Shown: piece by piece, positions 25,886 to 37,540 of the stretch
Layout: every line of letters begins with the position of its first letter
Position numbering within the stretch: the first letter of the stretch is position 1
NCBI RefSeq assembly: GCF_018977255.1
Contig: NW_024704754.1
Span: 14,570,001-14,634,000, forward strand
Direction of reading: 5' to 3'
DNA: 64,000 bases
Source: Callorhinchus milii
Taxonomy: Eukaryota
Notes under the pieces: model-generated
What the model was told of the DNA's origin: nothing
The model's input: only the letters and a program-made list of their open reading frames with translations
The model's database searches: none
Made by a program: the position numbers and the translations under genes

Positions 25886-26040
25886 TTATTCTGCAAGCAA
25901 ATAACATGTTCATTGTACAGTAATGTATTTATAGCTTTCCTGATAAGATGGTGATGCTGCAACAATACCGCTTGACATTTTGCATGGCTGCTTTTCAAAG
26001 TCGGCTCTGTCATGCTTCCCTCCACATAAAATTGCCTAAG
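25886..26040 (-). other. candidate exon (unverified)
   Basis: tgctttcag|155 nt|gtaaaa, open as LRQFYVEGSMTEPTLKSSHAKCQAVLLQHHHLIRKAINTLLYNEHVICLQN; weak donor, no recognised homologue. Confidence 0.2.
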
Positions 26041-26831
26041 CTGAAAGCACTTATCAAACAGATGGTGCTTACAGTGGAATAAGAAGAGGTCTGTCACCAT
26101 GAATGCAGCCAGTCTGCATATTTAATCACTGCAGAACCTTGTCTACCTGCAGCTGCCAACTGGTAATCCAATTTTACTGATAAATGTGGCAAGAGACATG
26201 AACTGCAATAAAGAGCATCTAACTCCATCTTCCTGCAGGGCGTCTTTTGATGAACATTTAGGATGGAAGCTGTAGTTAGTGGAGAGTGTGTTGTGTGGCC
26301 TGGATGTGTGGCAGCTGCACACATGCAAAATCCACTCTCTTCTCGAGTTACTCACTTAATTCTGCAACTCTCATTATGTTGCTATTGATCTCAGAAGATG
26401 GTGCCCACACAGCATTACTTCAGATGAAGCAGAATTAAGATAGTTACCACATCAATGCTGCTCAGAAGCTTTGAGATTTTCTCATTAATCTCTTGTGATT
26501 CTACTTATGAAACTATTAAATCTGAATAAACCAGTCACTTATACATAGCAATGATATAAGCAGTCAATGTTCTGTGAACCACCACAGGCTTGCCCATTCT
26601 CACTCTCTGAACTTTTATCTTCATGTACAAATAAATACCTTACCTTGACAATGAAAGAATGGACATGTCCAAAACTTTGCATTTAAGAAAAGATTTGCAT
26701 CATTCAGGGTATCTTTTATTCAAATGTCTCTCCTCTGCGACTATCTTGTATAAAGTAAGCTTTGTTCTGATCTGCTTCATAAGGAACCAGTGAGGTTGTG
26801 TGAAACCAACAAGGAGATCAGAAAAACTTAC

Positions 26832-26961
26832 CTGAGCAAAGGAAAGTAAACCGAGGGGCAGGAAGTGAATGAGTTTTCACTCTGCTTTATATTCAAACCA
26901 TGAGGTACACAATCCTCATTTGTTTTACCAACACAACAAAAGTCCTGCAAGTTACAGTAGA
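26832..26961 (-). other. candidate exon with strong splice sites (unverified)
   Basis: tctccatctctgtctccag|130 nt|gtaagt, with a CAG/GTAAGT donor; one open frame YCNLQDFCCVGKTNEDCVPHGLNIKQSENSFTSCPSVYFPLL. Confidence 0.3.
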
Positions 26962-27599
26962 CTGGAGACAGAGATGGAGATGTACTCAAAATAGAAAAGA
27001 TGAGCAGACAGTTCAGATTAAATTATTTTACATGAAGAGTGATGCATTGGATGACACTGAGAGGTGGCAGAGGTAGATTGTGTAGGAAACTCTACACAAT
27101 TCCATAGACAACTGATAAAAGAAGGAAAACAATCACAGATCCAACCCTGCAAAGGTCAATTTGCCTTTTTACCTTTCACCAGAGTTTTGGGGATCGTCCT
27201 CTAATGAAAAACAACCTGTAAGTGATCACACACTGTAAGTCGCTATTAGAATACTGATTTCTTGTTTGTGAATAGCAGATGTTCAATCCTTGTAACGATT
27301 TGTGAAAGCACGGATTGTAGCCTGGCAGATAGCATGAAGAATCATGCTATAATGTAGATATTAGTGATGAAGTGGCCAAAGTAGAAATGCAGTGGGCTCC
27401 AACTTCCCCTTTTGAAGACACTATAATAGAATACAATAATTCACTGATCTCTGCCATTCGCTATGTGTTTATCTAAGCCTTAGATTCTAAGGTAATATTG
27501 TCAAGCATATTAAACCTTTGTCGAGCCAGACAAAGTGGTTCTCTTGATGTAAGAAGGTTAAATGTCACAAACATTTAAGACACGAATAAACAGTTGTCC

Positions 27600-27960
27600 T
27601 TCATAGTTCCTCCACTATCTCTCATTTCTGAACTGCCCACCAAATCTCCTCCAAGCTACTAAGACTCTTATCACACCTTCGTCACAGCCAGACTAGACAA
27701 TTTGAATGGCCAGTTTGCTGGACTCTCCAGTTCCTGCCTACACAGATTTCAGACTATCCAGAACTTTGCAGCTTGTATCCTCTCCTATATTATGCTCCAT
27801 AACCCTGTCACTCCCATTTGTAATTTTGATGACATCCCTCATCAAAATTACAAATTACATTCGCTCTCTCCCTACAACCAGGTCTCCTTCTGCTGCTTTG
27901 TGTTCCTGGACCTCTCTGCTACCTGGCTCCAAGGTGGTCAGTGTAGCCTGGAATCCTCCC
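27600..27960 (+). mobile_element. old L2 ORF2 fragment
   Basis: cacaccttcgtcacagccagactagac (H.FVT.RLD), then AGLSSSCLHRFQTIQNFAA. Confidence 0.7.
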
Positions 27961-28083
27961 ACTCTGTAGCTGCTTCCCTTTTCACTACAAATCCACCTCA
28001 CTGATTGATCCTAGATTTCACAAATGGGTTGAAGGAAACCCCTTCAAACAGTGTATGTGTTCCTTAATATTCAACTGAACAGG

Positions 28084-28487
28084 CATAGAATCATAGAATT
28101 ATAAAGCATAGAAGGAGGCCATTCAGCCCATCGTTTCTGTGCCAGTTCTTCGAAAAGAGCTTTCCAAATCAATTCCACTCCCCGCTCTCTCACCATAGCC
28201 CTGCAAACATGTCTCCTCAAATAATTATCTACTTCTCTCTTAAAAGTTCTTATCGAATCAGTTTCCACCACTTTTTCAGGCAATGCATTCCAGATCTGAA
28301 CAAATTTCTCCTCACGTCCTCTCTGTTTCTTTTGACAACAAGTCTAAATCGGTGTCCTCGGGTTACCGACTCACCCGCCAGTGGAAATAGTTTCTCCTTA
28401 TTCACCCTATCGAATCCCCTTATAATTTTGAAAACTTCTATGAAGTCTCCTCTTAACCGCCTCTGCTCCAAGGAGAATAATCCTAGC
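28084..28487 (-). mobile_element. CR1 LINE 3' end (ORF2 C-terminus and tail)
   Basis: LGLFSLEQRRLRGDFIEVFKIIRGFDRVNKEKLFPLAGESVTRGH, PEKVVETDSIRTFKREVD, and tail ttctatgattctatg. Confidence 0.95.
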
Positions 28488-28819
28488 ACGCTGTAAGTTG
28501 CTATTAGAATAGAAATTAAATAGGCATATTTAATTGCTTGAAGTATAGCCAGAAGTTAGGAACAACAACAACAATTTTACATTTAGATGGTTCCTTTTAT
28601 GTCAGGAGGATGGCTCTAAGTACTTCATGGAATTGTCTGGGAGCCTGAGCTGGGGCATGGTCAGCCTACAACCACATAATACTGAGGCTGCTTAGGCCGT
28701 AGAAGCAATGCAAAGGAGAGTAATGAGGATGATCCCTGTTGTTAGGGGAATAAAATAATAATAATAATATTGTTTGCATTTCATTTGGGACCTTTCACTT
28801 TGGAAGGATATAATAGTAA

Positions 28820-28915
28820 TATGATAATCCTTGCATTTGATATAGCGCCTTATCACGTCTTCAAGGCACTTCACAATGTGAAGTGAATTCACTGTATATG
28901 TTATGGGCGAAACGG
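28820..28915 (-). mobile_element. tRNA-Ala/Deu SINE 3' stub
   Basis: ataatccttgcatttgatatagcgccttatcacgtc...gggcgaaacg. Confidence 0.85.
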
Positions 28916-29210
28916 GCTGACCCTCCAATGCAGTGCTGGGGTTGTGCTGCACTGTTTGAGGTGTCCTCCTTTGGATGAGATGTTAAACTGAAGTCCCATC
29001 TGGCTGTCCAGGTGAATGTTCAAGATCCCATGGAACTATTCAAAAAGAGAAGAAAATTGCTCCTGATGGCCTGGCAAACAATTCCCCCAATAAAATTGAT
29101 CCCTCATTCCATGGCTCTTTGTGGGACATTGCTGTGTATAAATTGGTTACCGTGTTCACCCACAGTCACATCGCTTTATATGCTTTGAGACCTCTCAGTG
29201 GTATGATGGG
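28915..29210 (+). mobile_element. SacSINE1-like DeuSINE body
   Basis: gctgaccctccaatgcagtgctg...ggatgagatgttaaactg...gatcccatggaactattcaaaaagag...ctttgtgggacattgctgtgtataaattgg. Confidence 0.85.
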
Positions 29211-29214
29211 CACC

Positions 29215-29368
29215 ATTTTCGCCTACACTTTATACAGTCAATTCACTTTACAGTATATTCTGTGAAGCGATTTGAGATGTCCTGAAGACATGATGAAGCG
29301 CTATATCAATTGCAAGAATTATAATTATAATTATTATTATTATATCAATTGCAAGGATTATTATTATA
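29215..29368 (+). mobile_element. tRNA-Ala/Deu SINE 3' part with duplicated tail
   Basis: tatatcaattgcaag(a/g)att... occurs twice in tandem, both copies carrying the same caattgc variant. Confidence 0.85.
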
Positions 29369-29937
29369 TTTTAGTGTATTTAGATTAGACTTGTATCTTT
29401 TNAAAAAAAGACACATTTCATGAGTACTGAACCTACAAAGTGACATTTGTAAATAGTTAACTGGTGTTATTTATGTAATATGTTGAAATTCAAAAATAAA
29501 TCAACACAAATATTGTAGCTTTCAGTCTTGATATTCCCACTGTGGGTTTCTGCAGAGTGGCTCAAACATCACAGCTGGATTTAATGCGAGATTTAATGGA
29601 GCTAGAATGCAATGGGTGATGAGGATGGATGGATTCACAAAGATGGGCCATATCTGTCAACAGATCATATCTGTCAACCTGTTGATAGACATGGCCCATC
29701 TTTCTGAATACTACAGACAGTAGATGTAAGGCAACCTAGTCTATTTGTCCTCTGATGAATGTGATGCAAAATCTACAGCAAATCTCTGCTGGTGATCAGG
29801 TGCCTTCTCAACTATTGTATTGTAATTATAAACCGGCTAAAATAAGCTAAAATAAAATAAATAAGGATATTCCCACTATGGGTTTCTGCAGAGTGGCTCA
29901 AACATCACAGATAGATTTAATGGAGCTAGAATGCAAT

Positions 29938-30150
29938 AATAATAATAATAATAATCCTTGCATTTGATATAGCACCTGATCACTTCTGTGAGACGTCTCA
30001 AAACGTTTCTCAGAATATATTGTAAAGTGAATTGATTGTATATTTTGTGGGTGAAACGCAACAGCCAATTGCACACAGCAGTGTCCCACAAACAGTCGTG
30101 ATTGAGTGACCAAATTATTTTTATTTATTTTTGAAGGACTTATTACCCCC
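29938..30150 (-). mobile_element. tRNA-Ala/Deu SINE, 5'-truncated
   Basis: (aat)n-ccttgcatttgatatagcacctgatcacttctgtgagacgtc...cccacaaacagtcgtgattgagtgacc...ttattaccccc. Confidence 0.9.
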
Positions 30151-30656
30151 AATGGGTGATGAGGATTTAGATAGATGGGTCTGAGTGGATTGGGTGGGCC
30201 TTGAGTCGATTAGCAGACTGTTCTTTTGCTACTGGATCCTGGACTCAAACCATATTGTTTTACTTAGTCCCCCATTCATGCTCCAGTTGTAATCTTCAAT
30301 TCATGTCATCTTGTCATTGAATCAACTTCCAGCGAAATAAATCCTTACCATTTAAAACGTTTAATCTGAAAGATGTGTTAACCTGTAAAAATATTTTGAA
30401 TTTAAGAGAATAAGCAATGCACCATTATACAAAAATAATAATCCAGAAATGAGAGAATAAGACAAAAAGATCTGATAAGCAATTCCAGAGACAAAGTATC
30501 TGCTGGTACAAAAACAGCACAAAACTATGGAGGGTAGCACAGTCAATATTGTCTTGAGGGATGTTTGTGGTCCTGGAAATATGTCTATAATCCAATTGGT
30601 GTGTGTAGCAAGAAAGTACATTGAAAGGACAGAATAAAAGTTGGGGTGATTGAGAC

Positions 30657-30795
30657 CAATCCACGACTGTTTGCAGGACACTGCTGTGCACAATTGGCTG
30701 CCACGTTTCACCCACAAAATATACAGTCAATTCGCTTTACAATATATTCTGTGAAACGCTTTGAGACGTCTCACAGAAGTGATCAGGTGCTATAT
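30657..30795 (+). mobile_element. tail-less SINE segment between 14-bp direct repeats
   Basis: caatccacgactgtttgc...gagacgtctcacagaagtgatcaggtgctatat, flanked by attgagaccaatcc on both sides. Confidence 0.9.
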
Positions 30796-32364
30796 TGAGA
30801 CCAATCCTGACTTCCACACGGGAGAAATAGTGAAATGAAATTGAAAAAGGCTGAATACTTTGGTTCTCATACAGAGAGGATTCTGTGAAGCGCTGTATTA
30901 TGTGCATAGCAGGTTAAAAATTCCACCTAGCCTTAGCCATTTTGTCTTAAAACTTCGATTTATTGTGAATACATTCTTAAATTAAATCTTCTTAACTTGG
31001 AAACAACAACAACTCATACTTATGTACCCTCCATGCAGGGTAGCGTCTCAGAGTTGAATCACTGAGAAAAAACGCTTCCCAATTAAAAACGAATTTAAGC
31101 ATTTTACACCATTCTACTCAATCTTACTTTTTTTAAACAGACTGGAATTTTGGACCCACAGTATAACTTAACTTTACCATTTGCACTCGCTGAGTAAAAC
31201 CATTGCAAATCAGCATCTTGCTCTGTAGGAAGTAACACATCAGGGCAAAAAGTTTCACTGATCTAAGAAAGAGATAACATTTAAGCGGACCTGGAACAAA
31301 TAGAATGAATCTTTGATATTAAAGACTATTGATACCACACTAGAGTCTGCTAGGTAAGATTGCTAGATTTAACACTAATTTTATTATACCAAACTTTTCC
31401 TCAAATTTCTCTCCATATTTTAATGTATTTTAATTTAACAAAAGGTTTTGTGCTGTATTTTGTGGTTGTAGTAACATCAACAGTATGAAGGATGGATGGG
31501 ACCTTACCTTGCGTGAAGGGCGCTAAATAAATAAAGTTATTGTTTTGAGGAAATGGAACACTTCCTTTTCAGTAAATGTGTCTTTATCAAACGCCAGGGC
31601 AGGGAGATTACGATTAGATCATGAGTAAAGCTCCCTTTACGTTGAACCAATCTCAGAACAGAGCTCTGGATCTCAATAGTGAGATATTTTCTATTTAACA
31701 CACTTGGAATCTGTGGCCTCTTCATCTTGAAATACCAAATTATAGCACTAACTTGATATGTTGTCTGTTGTGTTTTAGGCTTAGGTCCATTATATTCTTT
31801 GTGAGCGCGGCATTGTTGTGCTTTGGATGCCATGACACTATTCTAAAAGAGCAGTGATCTTTGCATTCAAGTTCTGGAGAATGGGACCTCCGTGTTGGAA
31901 AGCAGAATAATTGATTCAAGCACCAGATAATAGGATCATAGCATTTGAGGAGTGTCAGACTAGTTAAAGTCCTGGTACTTGAACCCACAACCTCAGAGGT
32001 AAAAGTGTTACCTACTGTGCCAGGCTGGGTTCTTAGATAGACCTTGAATATTTCTGGAACAATATTTATATTATATAATACCCTTTTAATATTTTTGTTC
32101 TTTTAATTCTAACTATTTAGTATTAATTAATCAATTGCAAGCGATAATCCTTTTTCTAATCATCGCTCCCTTAATGAAAACAATTTTATAATCATTTGCT
32201 TACTTGACATATAATGAGCCACAGCTGCTGGAAGCTGTAGATGAGTGGGGTTTTCATGGATATGTAAATGAAGCTTGACTGATGCCAAAATAATCAGCCT
32301 TAAATTGCTACACGGAGCAGTTGATAAAACATGCTGTGATATGACAATGGCGTGCGTTACAGAT

Positions 32365-32787
32365 ATATCTTGTTTCTCCCAGTGTTCTGGCCAACATTCC
32401 ACCAGATAAAATTGGTCATTCACTTTAAAGCTGTTTGTGGAACATTGTTGTGTACACATTCACTGCCATGTTCTTCTGTACAATTACTATACTTTAAAGT
32501 AAAATTCCATGAAAGGCTTTTAGATGTTTCAACAATGTGATTAGGCATTATATCAAATACAAGGATTACTATTGTTATCAATGCATTTTTAAAGGTTCAA
32601 GACCAATGATAATTTTCCAGCAAACAAGACTTCGGCAATTGTGTATAATGTAGTTTTAAGTTCGCCCACAAAATATAGTCAATTCATTTTACAGTATATT
32701 ATGTGAAGCACTTTGAGACATCTCAAAGACTTGATAAGGCACTATATCAAATGCAAGAATTATTATTATTATCATTATTATTATTAT
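32365..32787 (+). mobile_element. two DeuSINE 3' fragments
   Basis: cagtgttctggccaacattccaccagataaaattggtc...caaatacaaggattact (32365-32575) and ttcgcccacaaaatatagtcaattc...caaatgcaagaattattatt (32660-32787). Confidence 0.8.
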
Positions 32788-33264
32788 AAGTTCTGTTATT
32801 CAGTGGAGTTAAATTTAGAAATTCCCAATGTACTGAATATGAATTACTTGGATGTGCAAGAGATAGAGTCTATCCTGTTTGCTATTCCTGGCCTCTCCTC
32901 TGGGCATCGCACCATTTTCAATGCTAACTTCCACAAAGCTAGCCTGTGGATTTAATTTTTGACTCAACCTTACAGAGAGCAAGGCTTTTTACTAAAGAAA
33001 ATACTCCGAATAAAATAACAATTCCACCAATAAGCTGTCGAATGCCGGTCACACTAATTTGTCCACTTTGGATTCGCAGAAACATAACATTTAAGTTAAT
33101 CAATGTTGATTCTCATGTTAGCATTAAGACTAAAGTCTTAAAATTTAAGATGACACAGAATTTTCAAAAAGTTTTAATTAAGAAGCCTGCTCTCTGAAAT
33201 TCTTAGAAAGATCTTCGGAATTAAGCTGTTGAATTTAAGAGATTTAAAAAATACTAAATGATGA

Positions 33265-33640
33265 CAACCTGGCTGACTGAGTTGGAAAGTTGTGGGTTCA
33301 AGTCAGGACTTGGAACTCATATAGTCTAAGATGACAGTCCCAATTGCAGCGCTGAGTGTTAGAGGTGCCATCCTTCGGATGAGATCTCCTATCTACCCGT
33401 TCAAGTGGACATTAAAGATCCCATGACAATACTTGAAAAGAGAAGAGAGTTTCTTCCATGTGTCCTGGCCAACAATCCTCCAAACCAAAATTGGTCATTC
33501 AATTTACTGCTGCTGCAAATTGGTTGCCATACCTGCCCACAAAACACACGTTCAGTAGACTATATGTTGTGAAGTATATCCTGTGAAGCACTTTGGGATG
33601 CCCTTGTGATGTGAAAGCACTAATCCAAATGTAATTTATT
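33265..33640 (+). mobile_element. SacSINE1-like DeuSINE
   Basis: gttgtgggttcaagtc B box; ggtgccatccttcggatgag; gatcccatgacaatacttgaaaagagaag; gtcctggccaacaatcctcc; caaattggttgcc. Confidence 0.85.
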
Positions 33641-34299
33641 ATCATATTTATAAATGATAAATTTCCAGATGTGAAATTATCAGGCCTCGGATAAAATGTC
33701 AGCTCACCCTTGACCTGGGAATTCTGCGATCTGCTACACCTAACACTAAAGAACAAAGGAACAAAGCAGATTGCTGACGGGTTGACCTGTTCCGCACTGT
33801 GCCACATATGGTGTGCATTGCATTTGGAAGAAATTGAAAATAGGGGTGACACACTACAGCAATTCGTTATGAAATCTATTTTACAAGACAAAATAAAACA
33901 CCAAATTCATCTCAAGAATTCATGCAGAATGGTTTAATATTATGAGTTTAAATTTCCATCCCCTTGCAGTAAATACATATTTTAACCTGGAAAAAGGAAT
34001 CTGAGTGCCAATTAGACAATTTGTATCTGTATCCAGTGCCAAGCTCGTCTCTTATTGGAAAAAAATAAAAAACATGAGACACACGAGCCTAATTAAGTAC
34101 AATACCATACATGTTGCAAGATGGTTTTTGAACTAAAACCAAATGCTTTGTAAAGTAAAGACCAATTAATGTAGAACTAATGATGCTTCTTAGGGTAGAT
34201 TTTAATTCTGCTAACCGCTCCAAAGAGCACTGTTTATACAAAAACAGACACTGGTTTATTAAATAGCTCCTAAAACTATGAGGAGGAGAATGTGCCACA

Positions 34300-35300
34300 T
34301 ATTATTTTAGTGGAGTAGTTTGGTGAATAGATATTTTATGTAATTGAGTCTATCCGAGCACCAGTTCTGATCACTTTCAGGCAATAAGAAACCAAACAAA
34401 GCCGTATTCAACTCTATAGATGCCAGGAGCTGCTGTAAAATAGCAATCGTAATTGAATAAAATATCACTAATTAATGTCCGCTAAAATTTAATAGGCTTC
34501 ACGCAGAGCTGGAGACAAACCATGTATGTATCTGAATTGAATTGGAATGACCTTCAATGACATACCAGCCGCTTTACATTAGTGAGGTATAAAAGGTCCA
34601 TTCAATGCACATCTAAACAATGTGCGAAGACCTTGGCTACTACTCCAGCTCGGGTACCCAACGAGCAGCATAAAACTGCTTTATTAAAGCAGGATTTACA
34701 GAAAATGAAAAATCTTTACAAGACAAAGCTAGCAGAATATTAAAAAAAGTGAACAAAAAAGAAACTAGGATTAGATTAGAAGGGTTGTATGAAAAAAGCA
34801 CTGGTGTCAGACATGATAGGGCAAATGGACAGTTTTTCTGCATAACTTTCATGATAAAAATTTGTATTCTGTAATAGCGAGAAGTAATTCAAAGGTAAGC
34901 GGTGTCAATAGAAAAATTGTCTACAGTTTCTTTAATAAATCCAAATTCATCAAGGCTGTTCTTTGGGAATCATGGAGCCTATAAATATTTGACTATAAGG
35001 GGCAACATATTAATAAATGATGTCAATTAAACTTGACAATTTTAATTTGCATATGCAAATGAGCTCAATTGCCAAAGAGACTTCCCTAAATAATGTTAAT
35101 CTGTAAAATCAGCGTGATGAAATACCGAGAATATAATTGTTATGCAGGTAGTGACATATGAATATATTTAAGTAAATAAACCTAATTTGTATTTACAAAT
35201 TAGATCAATTACTGACGATTTTCCCCGATTCAAGAAACTGCTAACCCATGTTCATGTTCATGAAACTTTGATAGATGAGTTGATTTTAGCTGAACTATCA
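34300..35300. promoter_or_regulatory. putative conserved non-coding enhancer block
   Basis: Repeat-free, with many TAAT/ATTA cores (ctaattaatg, gtcaattaaac) and a perfect ATTTGCATATGCAAAT at 35045-35060. Confidence 0.45.
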
Positions 35301-35626
35301 AAGGGAAAAGAAGTTTTAGAACCTGTACACACTGGACTTTAAGGGAAATGCACTTTTGATGCATTACTCTCTTGGAATCCTCTAGGAAAACTAAATTGCA
35401 CAAGTGGGAATCTGCTGTTGACTTCTATGTATTTGTGATTGGAATATATATTGCTCTGGTCAGGCTGTACCTATACTGCGTACAGTCCTGTTCCCTGCAA
35501 CAGCAGGCTGTAAAGGCAGTGAAGAACTTGAACATTGCCTGAGAAGGGACGACGGGCTCTTTGGTCATTCTTGACTCTTCAAGGGCAGTAAGGTCTGAAT
35601 GCAGGTTAAGATTGTGGTTTTATCTG

Positions 35627-35942
35627 GTGGAGTCCTGTAGCTCAGTGGTTAGAGCACTCGCTTTGCAAGTGAGAGACCTGAGTTCAATTCCAGGCAGAGG
35701 GCAGAGGGCGAAACCTTGGGCAAGTTTCCTTATTCCACAATAATCCCTCCAAAACAAAAAACAATAAAATTGGTCATTTTCAATCTACGACTGTTTGTGG
35801 GACATTGCTGTGCGCAATTGGCTGCCGCGTTCGCCCACAAATATACAGTCAATTCACTTTACAGTGTGTTCTGTGAAGCGCTTTGGGACGTCCTCCCGAC
35901 GTGAAAAGCGCTATATCAAATGCAAGGATTATTATTATTATT
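35627..35942 (+). mobile_element. full-length young tRNA-Ala/Deu SINE (short variant)
   Basis: A box tagctcagtgg, Ala(TGC)-like arm ctcgc-tttgcaa-gtgag, B box gttcaattcc, Deu domain, L2-type stem-loop gacgtcctcccgacgtg, (tta)n; CpGs retained. Confidence 0.95.
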
Positions 35943-35947
35943 TAAAC

Positions 35948-36188
35948 AGTACTCCAACGCATACTCTGGAGTCCCAAAGCCTTGCCTCTTGCCAGCCCGG
36001 GCCTAATACTCTCTGAATTAGATAAGCAGAATGCATCCCACCAGGAAGAAACTGTGCACTCGATTTCAATACATGGGAATTTCCATGTGTAAGTAGGTTG
36101 GATGGAACTCCAGTTTTGTTCGATAATCATAAGGAAGGTGATGGGTTTCCACATATGTTGGACACCTGGTTGACTAAAACAAAATAAA
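35948..36188 (+). mobile_element. family X fragment
   Basis: ctctggagtcccaaagccttgcctcttgcc...cctaatactctctgaattagataagc...ggtgatgggtttccacatatg...cacctggttgactaaaacaaaataaa. Confidence 0.8.
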
Positions 36189-37149
36189 TCTTATCCAGTA
36201 GGAGTTACTGGAAAGTGATCAGAGTCTAATTGCGTATGGCGAGAGTGAAAAAAATTCTTCAGTACATGGTGATCAGCAATAGAGTCTCAATAAACCAATT
36301 TCAGGCTTCGTGCTAGAAGTAATTGGCCTCTGATATTTTTTAAAAACGTTCCTCAGTGTTCATGTAATTCTTTAAGAGGAGAGGTTCCTCTAATTTTCCA
36401 AGGATATTGTCTGAGTAGTCTATCTTGTACACTAGTGGACTGCATGTGCTGATGTGGATCCTTTAATTGCAGTTAAAGTCTACATTAACCTAATTATTCT
36501 CCTGTTGCACCATCTCAAAGCTACAGTAAAATGTGATGTGTATGTTGTAATTTCACGCAGACAGCAGAATATCAGTCACAGGCTCAGGATAATTTTAGGA
36601 CAGACAACAGAAAGCATTGCTTTAAGCTTAATTAATTGAGGGTAATTAGCAGCTAAAATTAGTTACCAAGGGGCAGTTGAGGCCAGGACAGTGGGACTTA
36701 TTCTGGAAGGATGAGATCCATGGACCTTCATCCAAAATTATCTCATGGCTTACACTAAATTCACTTATAAATACAATTAATTATCTATATCTACGGATCT
36801 GTTCAATAGGTTTCTGGATACCAACCAAAATTCAGGCCTACCTTCGCCATACAACACTAAATTCCTATATAAGCTTTCCAAATCTGCACTGACTAAGCAA
36901 TGAGCGTTGGAAGGCTAATCTTTCAGTAGCACTCTGCACAAGCAGACATTATTATTTTTATTATACTGTCAACAGAAGTGATAGGATTGATTAGCAGTTT
37001 GCAGTACGTCAATCTTGTGGTTAAATCTGACCTTTTGGGCCTCACAATGCCACCACTTAATACATCAACTGCCTGAATGAAAACACATCCCTTTAACTTT
37101 GAAGGTTGATGTTGTACTTGATTTACATAAATGAAGTTTATTGCAGTGA

Positions 37150-37540
37150 CTTGTGGCATCCCCACTCTTGCCTCTGGGCAGAAGATTGTGAATTCAAAAC
37201 CCGCGTTGGGACTTGCACTCCAGTACTGGGGGAATGCAGTGTTGTTGGAGACGCTATCTTTCTGATGAAATGTTAAACCAAGGCCTAGTCTGCCAGTGCA
37301 CATTGGATGTTAAAGATCCCATGATAGTATTGGAAAAGTGCAGGTAGTTTCTCTCAGTGTTTTGGTCAACAATGTTACAGCTAAATTGATCATTCACTTC
37401 ATGTTTGTGCAAACTTGCTGCAAATAAATACAATTTGCCTACAGATACTGTCACTCCACTTGTCAGCATGCTGATGTGCTTTTGGGCAATTCAATGCTGT
37501 TGGTGCTGTATCAAATGCAAAGATTATTATTATTTATTAG
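37150..37540 (+). mobile_element. SacSINE1-like DeuSINE
   Basis: cactcttgcctctgggcagaagattgtgaattc...ctccagtactgggggaatgcag...gttaaaccaaggcc...aaagatcccatg...caaatgcaaagattattatt. Confidence 0.8.

Noticed and set aside
29402-29402. Single N base
   Set aside because: It is an assembly ambiguity at a T/A homopolymer junction, not biology.
35627-35700. tRNA-Ala(TGC) gene (also at 41454, 47960, 51211 and 52763)
   Set aside because: A/B boxes and an anticodon arm are present, but there is no acceptor stem and each runs straight into a SINE body.
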